Source: Octopus sinensis (lineage: Eukaryota). Taken from it: a stretch of 64,000 nucleotides of DNA. Positions within the stretch are counted from its first letter, which is position 1. Every line of letters begins with the position of its first letter. The stretch covers positions 18,414,001-18,478,000 of the forward strand of contig NC_043001.1 in NCBI RefSeq assembly GCF_006345805.1. The letters are read 5' to 3'. Below, piece by piece: positions 22,058 through 35,600 of this stretch. The notes under the pieces were generated by a model that saw only the letters and a list, made by a program, of their open reading frames with translations, was not told the DNA's origin and made no database searches. The translations under genes were made by a program, and so were the position numbers.

Positions 22058-23704
22058 CTAGCAGAGATACCTGGCTTTGCCCGTGTCACATGGAATTGAA
22101 TAATTAGACTTTTCTTTTATATTTTCTCTAATGAACTGGAATACCTTTAATTCGAATTTCATCAAAATTGCAGATTAAGAATTTTAATGAGGGTTCTTAC
22201 CCTCTTTACATACCCTAACAAAATTTATAACCATGACATATTTATCCCATACGACTCATCTTTATGCCCAGATTTCAAAATCCAAATCTTATGAAAACTA
22301 TTGAAAGGATTTTGCTCCTGAAAAATGGAGCAGACAGAGGTCTAAAATGTGGGAATTAAGGCCCCTATCGTGTGTGTGTGGGGGGTGGGGTGGGGTGGAG
22401 GTGAGTGGGTTTCTTAAAGCCAACCAGAGAAGTTGAATTGTTGGGAAGTTTTTTTAATTTGAGTCTTATATCTGTTCAAATTTCTTTGAAATCTGAAATA
22501 TATGAATGTTCACTGGGTTTGTAAAAGGGAGCAAAGCTACAGGAAATCAAGAGGCGAATGATCACAATAAGCAGTCAGCTACCCTACCCTAGTTGTTACC
22601 ACTCCCCAATGTAGGATTCCTCACCATACAGGTGATGGGCACAGCTGTAAGATGCATTACAGATCTATAGCAATTGGAAGGGTGTGACCCAAGTGAAATA
22701 AACTTTAACAACTGTGTGACATGAGGGGTAAGATGAAATGAAAGTGTCACATCTGGAGTTTGTCAATGATCACTATGCTGATAAGTAACTGGACAGAATA
22801 AATTTGCAATCTATAAATCTCTTTGAATCTGGGAAGGCCTTGAAATCAATGTTACCATCTGGGGACTATCTCTGATCCAGTGATAATAAAAAAGACTCAA
22901 AGGAGGTCTGCAACCAAATAACTTCACTCAAAATAACACTTTGCAACTGAATCAGTGGAGGCAAAGATGCCTCTCCTTTACTTGACAATTTATGCACCAC
23001 ATTGCAGAAATCACAATCTAAAGTATATCTGAAAGCAAACTCTTACACTGTTGTACCATTGAATTACAAATAACGTTCACCTTGTATGCTCAGGTGACTC
23101 CACAGCTGCCAAGAGTACAATTGTATTCATCCTGGCTTAGGAAAAATGACTAAATTGTAGGGGTTAGTAAGACCCCATTAAGGGTCTTACTAACTCCTTA
23201 GAAGTTGAAATTTAACCCTTTCATTACCAACCCGGCTCTGGCTCTGTAGTACAAATGTCTTGTTTTCATAAGTTTTGCATCAAAATATACCACCAAACCT
23301 TAGTCGCAATTTATATTCCTAATACTAACTTAATGATAACTAAGTTATTTTACTAAATTCTTTGTTATATTTAAAATAATTGAAAGAAACACAGAACATC
23401 TCAAAATAAATACAGTAATGAAAGGGTTAAGAAATATTACTTCATTTGTGTCTAATATTTATGGTTAAAATTTCATGAGCAGCAAAAATATTGGGATGGC
23501 AACTAAGTTCCCACTGATTTTCTAAAATTTTGGAAATTATTGCATTTTTCAATTTTGGAATCTATTTTTTTCGAGAATTCTATTTTTGAATAATTTAGGA
23601 TCAGTGCAGTAGTTTTTGACTCTATAAGTAACGAGCAAACACACATAAGAACATTGACTTTTATATAATACATATAAATATGCATATTTACATAATGTCT
23701 ATAT

Positions 23705-23742
<38 letters not shown>

Positions 23743-23968
23743 TATATATATCAGTGCTTTTCAAACTTTTTGCTGGAGCGGAACCCCAAGGAAACATTCC
23801 ACTGGCTTGAGGAACCCCTGTGCAATAATTTAATAGTCTTATGCACACAAATCTGCACAGGAGACTTACAAATTACTGCCGATTTTAGCAGTCTTGTAAC
23901 ATCTTGCGGAACCCCTGGACTGTACTGGCAGAACCCTAAGGTTCCGTGGAACCCTGGTTGAAAACCAC

Positions 23969-24021
<53 letters not shown>

Positions 24022-25165
24022 TACACAGAAAGATAAATTGATAGATACAATTGAGTATGCAAACAAAAATTTGAGACACTGCCTAGAAGAAATTTTTGTC
24101 AAATGAATCGACCCCACCCCAGTGCCTTTTTAAAAAAAAATTTGATAAGCCTGGTACTTATTCTATCAGTTTCTTTTTGTCAAACCAGTAAGTTATGGGG
24201 ATGTAAATAAACCAACAGCAGTTGTCAAGCAGTGATGAGGGAGAAACACAGACACAAAGACACACACATACAACTATAAGGGAATTAGGAAGCTGAACTT
24301 GGAGCTGAGCAGTTTCAAGGTGAACTTAACGAAGATGAAACTTTTAATTAGTAGGTGTACATTTGTAGTGTATATATTATTGCTTTACTGACCTTGGTAA
24401 AAATCTCATCATAACGTCTCCATTACCTGTAGCTACAGCACCACCGACTGCGTTGTCCACATAAGCACCAGCACCAACAATAGGTGAATCACCAACTCTC
24501 CTGCAAACGAAGATCTGCTTTGAATTATTCTGTTATGATAAAGAACACTGAAATCTGTTTGAGATTTTTGATAAAAAAAAATATTCTAATTTCGTTTTTC
24601 TATCTCTCCAGACACAACATGGAAGCACTCCGTCGGTTACGACGACGAGGGTTCCGGTTGATCCGAATCAACGGAACAGCCTGCTCGTGAAATTAACGTG
24701 TAAGTGGCTGAGCACTCCACAGACATGCGTAACCTTAACACAGTTCTCGGGGTTATTCAGCGTGACACAGAGAGTGACAAGGCCGGCCCTTTGAAATACA
24801 GGTACAACAGAAACAGGAAGTAAGAGTGAGAGAAAGTTGTGGTGAAAGAGTACAGCAGGGATCACCACCATCCCCTGCCGGAGCGTCGTGGAGCTTGTAG
24901 GTGTTTTCGCTCAATAAACACTCACAACGCCCGGTCTGGGAATCGAAACCGCGATCGTATGACCGCAAGTCCGCTGCCCTAACCACTGGGCCATTGCGCC
25001 TCCACTAGACACAACATAATATTCTTATGACAAACAAAAAAAGTTGAGACTACGAATGACAAAACCTTGAGATAGTTTGAAGGTAATTTTTCTAGGCATT
25101 ATTAACAACAACAACAACAACAACAACACCACCACCACCACCACACCACCACCACCACCACCACC

Positions 25166-25197
<32 letters not shown>

Positions 25198-28095
25198 CAA
25201 CAATCTTTTCCATGCTTGTATGAGTCAAACAAATGTTGTTCGAGTAGATTCTTCTAAAGCCAGGTTCTCTTTCTGCTGCCAACCAACAAATTATTCCAAA
25301 TAAGGCAATATTACCCTTTTTCTTTTGTGTAGGCAGGACATACTTTGGTGGATGGATCCTAAATAAATGACATTTTCCATGTGGATGGAATATGTGAGTT
25401 ATTTATTCTCTAAACCATTTTATTTCTGTCTACCAAACACCGTACCTGCTTGTACATTTATAGTGAAAAGTATACATTTATCTTGGCAAGATAGGCGCGG
25501 GAGTGGCTGTGTGGTAAGTAGCTTGTTTACCAACCACATGGTTCTGGGTTCAGTCCCACTGTGTGGCACCTTGGGCATGTGTCTTCTGCTATAGCCTCGG
25601 GCCGACCAAAGCCTTGTGAGTGGATTTGGTAGACGGAAACTGAGAGAAGCCCGTCGTATATATGTATATATATATATATGCGTGTGTGTGTGTTTGTGTG
25701 TCTGTGTTTGTCCCCCTAGCATTGCTTGACAACCGATGCTGGTGTGTTTATGTCCCCGGCACTTAGCGGTTCGGCAAAAGAGACCGATAGAATAAGTACT
25801 GGGCTTACAAAAAAAAAGAATAAGTCCCGGGGTTGAGTTTGCTCGATTAAAGGCGGTGCTCCAGCATGGCTGCAGTCAAATGACTGAAACAAGTAAAAGA
25901 GTAAAAAAGAGTAAAGCATAGTGAAGGTTATACTTTGTTGATAATAAAGGCGGCAAGCTGGCAGAAACGTTAGCACGCTGGGCGAAATGCGTAGCCGTAT
26001 TTCGTCTGCCGTTACGTTCTGAGTTCAAATTCTGCTGAGGTCGACTTTGCCTTTCATCCTTTCGGGGTCGATAAATTAAGTACCAGTTACTACGCACTGA
26101 GGTCGATATAATCGACTTAATCCCTTTGTCTGTTCTTGTTTGTGCCCTCTGTGTTTAGCCCCTTGTGGGTAATAAAGAAATATATACTTTGTTGATAAAG
26201 TACCACTCATCAAAAATAATTGAAATTTTATTAAGCATTGTTAAGTATTGCATTCTTCTTTCTACTCTCTTCAGCAAGATGTCCACCATACTTAAGCCTC
26301 TCATTACTTTGCATAAAGCCACCTCCCTCAAAACTACTCTGCCCTTAGTTGAGGGGGATCTTGTCTGGCAAGTTACTTAGTGATCTCACTGATGCTGGAA
26401 CCATGCTAAAATCACTCAGAACACTCTGTAAAGGGGTTGGTGTAAGGAAGGGCATCTGGCCACAGAAACAATACCTATTTCTTTACTACCCACAAGGGGC
26501 TTAACACAGAGGGGACAAACAACGACAGACAAAGGGATTAAGTCGATTATATCGACCCCAATGTGTAACTGGTACTTATTTAATAGACCTCGAAGGGATG
26601 AAAGGCAAAGTTGACCTCGGCGGAATTTGAACTCAGAACGCAGCGGCGGACGAAATACCACTAAGCATTTCGCCCGGTGCGCTAAATTTTCTGCCAGCTT
26701 GCCGCTTTCAGAAACAATACCAAAGTAGATATTGGAGTTTGATGCAGCCTAGTGGTTTGCCAGTTCCTATTGAATTGTCCAACCCATGCCAACATGGAAA
26801 GTGGATTTTAAATGATGATGACGATGACGAAGAGTTCAAGTTTTAATACTCACTGCATTAAAAATGATAACACTAACTGAACCAATGTCTAAAAACAGCC
26901 AAGAAATAATCAGAGATAAACAGCAGCAGGAAAGGATCAAACATGAATATATTCAGAGAAAAAAAAATTTACAGAAAGATTACAAACCCATGCATTTTGT
27001 TGGCTAATCCATTTGTTGAAGTTCCTACTGCAACATTACCTTTGGCATCAACACCAATCATACCAATGGTATCGTGGTTAGTTTCGGAGATATCAGGTGA
27101 ATTTTGTGGCTTATGGAATTTGTAAAGCGGGTCATCATGATTGGCAGGTTTGTAAGGTCCACAGTGTTTTTTAGGGTCTGGTTTAACATTCTGTTGAAGA
27201 AATATAATGGTATAATTTATAACTATAGGTATGGATAAATGTCTTCCGATCTGGGGTGGTAGTACCCAAGTGGGACACCTAAATTTATTTCATGGAGTGC
27301 TTGGAATTCAAATTAAACTTTGCCTGCATTTAAATGTCTTTATAGGATATTTAAGGGGTAAGATTAGTCAATGTGAAATGACATCTAAGTAGGTGCTGGA
27401 CTAACATTTGATGTAACGTGCAAGAGAGAAAACTGTGCCGGTATGGCCATGTAATGCATCTAAATGTGCCAATCTCTAATTGTAGAGGGAACATGTGGAA
27501 GGAATAGGAGCAGAAAGATGTGGGACAAAGTAGTGAGAAAGGATCTACAGATGTTGGGACTCACAGAAGGGGTGACAGGGGACTGAGACTTCTGGCAGTT
27601 TGCTGTGCTTAAAAAGACACACTAAGTTAAGTAAAAACATGGTTGCACATGCATACAGGCTTGTCCCCTGCAACCTTCTCCAGGCTTGTAGGTGCTGGTG
27701 CCACATAAAGGGCACCCATGTAAAACGCACTCGTATGCAGCTGGTGCTGTGTAAGAGCATCCAGAACATTCTGTAAAATGGTTGGTGTTAGGAAGGGTTT
27801 TCAAGCATAGAAACCATGCCAAAACAGACATGGGTCCTGAACAGCCCTTTAGCTGGCCACCTCCCGTCAAACCATGAAACCCATGCCAGCGTGGAAAACA
27901 GACATGAAATGATGATGATAATGATGATGATTCCCAGTGTAAAGATAGAGTTAAGTCTACATGTTTAAGAAATTTGTATCCTAGCCGAGTGGTTGAAGGT
28001 TTGATTGCATTGTGCAGCATAGAGGAGCATCAGGTTGACCAATGGCTTCTGAGTAGAAGTTGTTTGAAGGAGTTTGCACAGGAGTTTTTACACAT

Positions 28096-28136
<41 letters not shown>

Positions 28137-29551
28137 GCCACCACCACCACCACCACCACCACCATCATCCTCATCATCATCTTCTTCTTCATCATCATCA
28201 TCATCATCGACATCGTCGTCGTCATCATCATCATCATCATCATCAATTAACGTCTGTTTTCCATGCTGGCATGGGTTGGACAGTTTGACAGGCGCTGGCA
28301 AGCTGGAGGGCTGCGCCAGGTTTCAGTCTTTGCTTTGGTAAGGTTTCTATACCTGTTTCAGGCTCAGTTCCACACAATGTAGTTGGAAAGAAAAAAAACT
28401 ACTTAACAAGCAGCCATGAATATTTCTTCAGGAATAAAGCTATTTGCCATGTAATACATGATTTAAGACTTACTTTCCAGAAGTTTGGTTGGCAGTTACC
28501 CGAACGCCAATTGTTCCACATTGCTATTGAATCATTTGAATGCAAGTCTGATTCCTGAAAGCCCATCTGAAGAGCAAATTTCGTGGCTGCAACAAAACCA
28601 AAACATAAGCAAATTAAACAACTATAATTATATTGTTTTAATTAATTGTAATGGACAAAGTATACATATCTCTCTCTATATAAACGGCAGTTTGTCTGTG
28701 TGTGTTTCTGTGTGTCTATTTTCTTGTACCCTCACCCTGACCACGGCTTTCAACCGATTCTGATGAAACTTGACACACACATAGCCCAATGTCATAATTC
28801 AAAACTAACGCAGCGAACATTTTGAAAAGTTCCCCCAGTTCTGAAAAAAATCGATAAATTCGACATGGGGTCGAGAATCAGAAACACAAACCGCAAACTG
28901 TCTAGGGGACGCAACTCCACCTTTTTTAACTAAAAAAAAATTTACCATCATTTTTTTCCATCTTTTTGCTATTTTTTGGCTATAACTCTCTAAAAATGCT
29001 TTATAGTTATTTCCCTTACAAACCTGAGCAACGCCGGGCGATACTGCTAGTAAAATATAAAATATAGTTAGATATAACAGTTTGAAAAATGGTTTTTTTC
29101 CCTCTTCTAATCACTTTTGCTACCAAAGTATTCTATATTTGTGATAATTATTGATTGAATATTAAGTGTGAATAAGTCTATAAACATGCAAATGCTTTAC
29201 TTGGTATATATTTTCAAAATATGTTGTTAATCTTCAAGATATGTAAACAAACAAGTTAGTAGTGCTTGGAAAAATCTTTAATCATAAGTCTCCTAAATCA
29301 ATGCTAACATTCACTGAATAATAGAAACAAAAACCAGGTCAACCATTGTAATATTATTAATATAAAATATCTGCAGTTCTATATTTAAGAGATGAGGAAT
29401 TATGTACATTATTTACATTATTTACATTTGATGGATATTTGTCCTCATCTTGTTTGTTGTTAACACAACGTTTCGGTCATATGCCTGGGGGCATATGGCG
29501 TAGTCGTTAAGAGCATGGGCTACTAACCCCAAGATTCCGAGTTCAATTCCA

Positions 29552-29625
<74 letters not shown>

Positions 29626-31386
29626 TAATAATAACATCGAAAAATACCTTAGGAATGAGAACCCAGGTTCAAAATTTCCCCAAGACACCTGATGAAGGGT
29701 GGAGGGTATATTAGTCGAAACGTGTTAACAACAAACAAGATGAGGACAAATATCCGTTGAATGTAAATAATGTATAAAATATCTGATAAACAAAGAACAA
29801 CACTGATTTTATTATTTAATAACTTTACCTCCCTCTCCAACGAGCAGTGTATGGTCAGTATATTCCATCACTGCACGGGCCACCGATATTGCTGCCTTCA
29901 CCCTTCTCAGGCCACCAACTGCTCCAGCAGAATGAGTGATTCTACAAAATTGATAAAAATATATAAATTGTGTATTTATAAAAAGGCATGGTTTTATGGT
30001 TAAGAATTTTATTTTGCTCCAGGTCGATTGCATGGCACAGTACCTTGGCCAGAGCAGTGGTTTTCAACCATTTCCTTTTTTCAATATATGAACCCCTTTG
30101 ATCCCTATTTTACTCTGGTGGACCCCCATAGCCAATCGAATATGGTGGGGTCAACAAAACTTTTATGGATACTTCTTTCAAATTTTTTTATTTTGTCTAT
30201 CGCACATTTCTTTGTGTAGGCCGAACCATGCAAAATGTTAGAGAAAGAAATGTAGTTATTTCTTGCCTTAAATACATCATCATCATCATCATCATCGTTT
30301 AATGTCCGTTTTCCATGTTAGCATGGGTTGGACGGTTCATCCGGGGTCTGGGAAGCCAGGACACTGCGACAGGCTCCAGTCTGATCTGGCAGTGTTTCTA
30401 CAGCTGGATGCCCTTCCTAACACCAACCACACCGTGAGTGTAGTGGGTGCTTTTTACGTGCCACTAGCACAGGAGCCAGAGGAGGCTGGCAAACGGCCAC
30501 GATCGGTTGGTGCTTTTTATGTGTCAATGGCATGGACGCCAGCCAGGCGGCGCTGGCATCAGCTACGTTAGGACGGCGCTTTTTACGTATCACCGGCACG
30601 TGTATTTTGACTACAATTTCTATTTGAGCTGATGTTGACGTACTTGACTCAATAGGTCTCCTCAAGAACAGCGGGTCACTCTAAATAAAAATTTGTTTAT
30701 GAACCCATAAAATACTATTGCGGACCCACTTTACTATTTTCCTTGTGTGAACCTTCCAAAATCTTATATATGGACCACAAGGGTTCATACGAACCCTGGT
30801 TGAGAACCACTGAGCTAGCCTTTCAACAAAGATTCAAGTTGATTAATACGCTGTGAGTGAAATTTAGAAAACAGGAAACGTACGGAATCCTATCATACGC
30901 ATGCAGGAGTCTGTGTGTGCGTGTGTGTGTGTGTTTATCGGCAACAAATTTGCTGATATATATCAGTGGCAAGCACAAAATTACCTTACGGGACTATGCG
31001 AGTTACGTCCCTTTATGCCGAGGTTATAGAGAGGACATTAAAGAGCAAAAGAGCCCTCTGTCACCCAAGAATAAAGATGCGTTATAACATGGACCATGCT
31101 CTTGTTAATTGCATATAAAATGTTTTTTAAAAGACTATTTGCATAGAATTCAAACACAAGGGGCATTTTCCTTGTTTCTGCCTGTCTCTGTCTCTCTTGT
31201 GGCACGTAAAAAGCACCCACTACACTCACGGAGTGGTTGGCGTTAGGAAGGGCATCCAGCTGTAGAAACTCTGCCGGATCAGACTGGAGCCTGGTGCAGA
31301 CTTCTGGCTTCCCAGACCCCAGTTGAACCGTCCAACCCATGCTAGCATGGAAAACGGACGTTAAACGATGATGATGATGATGATGA

Positions 31387-31443
<57 letters not shown>

Positions 31444-32653
31444 AAATAGTTTGGCATCAAAGAGGAGGAAAGGCAGCCCTTGATCTTTTTCACCTCCACA
31501 GAGACTGAGTGGATTTATCGTCAGACTGCGACATATTGTGATCAATTGCATGGGGTGGCATGTAACAATGTGTAATTATCTGTAATTATCACACACATGA
31601 TGGTCAATACGAAATCTTATGTATGGGACGAATATTTAAGTTCCAGTTTGTTTATACATGGAACAAATGATATTATCAACACTGATGCATCAACATCAAA
31701 ATGAAAATCAATGGAAATTGTAGTTGTGATACCCGTGCTGGTGGCACGTAAAAAGCACCATCTGAATGTGGCCGATGCCAGTGCTGCCTTGACTGGCTTA
31801 CATGCCGGTGGCACCAACTGATTGTGGCCACTGCCAGCCTCCTCTGGCCCCTGTACCGATGGCACGTAAAAAAGCACCCGCTACATTCATGGAATGGTTG
31901 GCGTTAGGAAGGGCATCCATCTGTAGAAACACTGCCAGATCAAGATTGGAGCCTGGTGTCGCCATCTGGTTCACCAGTCCTCAGTCAAATCATCTAACGC
32001 ATGCTAGCATGGAAATCGGACATTAAACGATGATGATGATACATAGAAAGGAATATTAGTTGAAATATAAAGCATGTTACCCATCCATTATCATTGCATC
32101 GAGAGTTGTTTCCCCATCTTCATCTGGTCTTCCACCATATCCAATACTTTTGCTGCACTGTCGATATCTTTCACACATGGAGCATCCTTGCTCAACAGCA
32201 TCTAAAGCAGATCTTTCTTTATTGTTGATCACACTCCAAGCTTTAAAACAGATTAAAAAAACAAACAAACAAAAAAAAATTGAGAGAAAGGGTCATCGCT
32301 GTTATCTTCTAGCACCACTCCCAACAGACATTACAGTTACCCCCTGTCATCACTTCTCACTGAATAGACATCAGAGATACTTACCGCTATCACTACCCAC
32401 ACATCCCAATCTGTTACCTCCTCCAACCCTTCATCAGCCACCTCAACACACCTGTTGGTTTGGTCGTGCACTTTGTCATTAACGGGGTGCATCCATTTAT
32501 GATGTAGTTGTATCCAAACACTTCCTGAGGTGGCATAAACGGCAAGATAGGTAGCTATAAATGTTGATTAGTACAATCAAATTAGATCTTGAACACACAC
32601 ACTCAGGTGTCATGTAGTGGGACAGAACCCAGAACTATGTAGTTGAAAGCTCA

Positions 32654-32688
<35 letters not shown>

Positions 32689-35600
32689 ATATATATATGT
32701 GCATTCATATTTATGAGTTAGAGGTTAGACAACCATCTAAGGGATAATAAATATTCAATATACTACTGGATGTATGCCTATATATATCCAAGTATTTACT
32801 GTTGTAGGGCAATAGTGCAATTGAATAATAGGTATGTGTGGAGGCAAAGTTATTACGAATAGAGGTTGCAACCAAATCACCGGTTGAAAGGGCTTTGAGG
32901 CCAATATGGAAAGAAGTAAACTACCTCACCTGAGGAAGGAAATATGCAACAGTGGAGGTGCAGTTTGCGCCGGAGGCTTTGCCCAGGTAGTATGCCGTGA
33001 CTCCCCTCAAAACGGACGAGGTGGTCCTTCTACCCATCTACCTGGGAAGGCGTGCTTTTAGGGAAAGGGTAGAAGAGACCCCTCCTGAGGTGGATGTTGC
33101 CTGGCTGGTAGCCGCCATCCTGTTGGGAATGGAGGACTAGATTGCGAACCTCCAAGCCAAAAGAGTACCACCAAGGAATTGGCAAGACCAGGACCTGGAA
33201 ATGATAATCCAGGCCACCCCGGAAGATTTGGAGAGGATGGTGGAAACCACCACAATTGGAGAGGATGTAAAGCTGAGAGTCATGGTGGAGGGCACGACGT
33301 CACGATGCTTTAAATGTGGCCAAAATGGTCACACAAAAGCAGAATGTTCTCCACCTACCGCAAAGAAATCAATGAAAGAGGCCGCACCTCGACCTCTTGC
33401 GAGTCGTGTGTGAGCGTAAAGGAGCTGGAGAAGGAGGAAGAGAACCAAGAGGCTGAAGAGAAAGAAGGATGGAATACAGCATCGAAAAAACGGAAAAGAG
33501 GGAAAAGAAACCAAGGCGAAAATGTGAACCCCTACCCTACTCCCACGCATCTCCCAACCTGTCCCACACCGTTCCATCTTACCCCTGTAGTCACCAACCC
33601 TCATCCCTCCCCTGCTGACACAGACACAATGACAAACACAAAATTCCCCCATCCCTACCCCCAAAAGAGAGAAAAAAATGCATGCTATTTTGTTTAGCAA
33701 TATAACAAGAGGGGAAAATCAACTCTCAAGTGTCGGTAGACATTTCAAATAAGGGATGGCCCGAGCACGTTGAATGCGGAATCTTTTCGGTTTGAACGGC
33801 AGTTTTTAAAATAATTTCCACGTAACTAAACACTTTTAAACTTCGTATACTGGTAGAATGTGTTTATAAAACATCTTTTTCTCTTGGCTTTCTTGAGAAA
33901 ATTCTGTAGTTTGTAAGCTATTTGTTGTTTTTTTCTGCAATTTCTGCAATTTCAACCAATCAATGACGTCTATTGAGGTGAAAACATTCTGTGCCGTATG
34001 AATATGTCTCTCGTTTAAGAAACAGATTGGGTTTATTTACATTTGTGAAGAAAAAAAAATACCCTTCCCCCTAACCCTAAAACAGATTGAAATGCAATAG
34101 ATCGATACTAGGGTCATAATTATGGGTGACAATTTCATATGACACCGCTAGAAAAAACTGCCGTTCAAACCGAAAAGATCATGAATGCGTAATAGTAAGC
34201 AACGAAGAGTGGCGATCGTGGACTCAGATTAAGAGATAGACTTAAGTAAGCTACCACCAAAGGTGGCCTTTCATCACCTTGAATTCAGTAACTATTTGTA
34301 ACAAATTAATGTTGTAAAAAAAAGTGTGTCAAAAGAGTTAATGAGGTCACTCGGATGTGAGGTCGAGTGGCCTTCATTCCATTTTTCATTCTTCATATCC
34401 ATCTTTTCCATTCGTTTTCCTTTCCCCCCATTTATGTTTGTCTGTCCTTGTATCGTCCCTCTTTGTAGGCCCATGTGGGTATTAAAGAATAATCTTTTAC
34501 CTCAGGCCAGAGACCATATGCAATTACCGCCGTTCTAATGACGCTTGCCTAGCAGATTTCAGACCACCATCATTTTCACGACGTATATCCAACAGCTATC
34601 ATTATATCCTGCGTTACCATGGCGATTTGTTCAGCGGCTAATTCTACCGCCACAGCCTATTCAACATTGGCTTGTCATGTTACCAATTTTGTTGACACCT
34701 GCTATGAACTTGTAACAGAACTGAATATGTTTCCCGTTTAAGCCTCACACACGATACCGCATTCACGTTTCTGATACCCTTGCAATTTTGTCTCACGACT
34801 AGCTAGCGTTTACTTGTTATTCAAAAAGGATTCACATGTTAATATTTGATTTCTTACGTTCTATCAAAAGCTGTTTGAATAATCTATCCCAAATAAAGGC
34901 GATCTTTCGTCTCTAGTAGACCTTTCCGTCGATTTCCGTAAAAATTTTTTTTTTTTTACATATGGGCTTGCGGGAACTTTTGAAGTAATATACATACATA
35001 TACACATACACCGAGTAAAAAATTTCAGTTATCTCTCTCTTTCACACATTACTCTGTCTCTTCACACACACTAACAGAAGCACTTCACTTACACAACATA
35101 CTGTCTGTCTCCCACAACCCATCAAACACACACATGTACATCAATGCTTCCCATGCACGGTAACTTCAAAAGAACTTCCCTCCTCATACAATCGCTTTCT
35201 CTTAGTCTCTTTCGCTCTCATTACTTCAAAAGTTCCCGCAAGCCCATATGTAAAAAAAAATTTTTTTACGGAAATCGACGGAAAGGTCTACTAGAGACGA
35301 AAGATTGCCCTAATAAATTCTATTTAATATTGACTGGAGTCTAATCTTCCTTCCATGACAGAATACTGTTATACAACTTAATACTACATGGCCATCTCTA
35401 CACTACTGAGTTTGGTGTAATGTCATGGCTGTACCCTGCTAAAGCACTATGTTGTGGTGCATGTGTATAAATGGGTGTAGGCATGCAGGTTTGTGTATGA
35501 ACATTGAGGGGAAAAGATTTTCTGTTTTGTTTTACAAACAAAATACAGAGCAGTGCATAAATAGGTCAGCGTGCGAAGTAAGAAAGATTCTGCAGACATT

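Noticed and set aside
27974-28341. ORFs with poly-Arg/His, poly-Pro/Ser and poly-Gly/Asp tracts
   Set aside because: They are translations of a compound trinucleotide microsatellite inside an AGA intron, with no splice or homology support.
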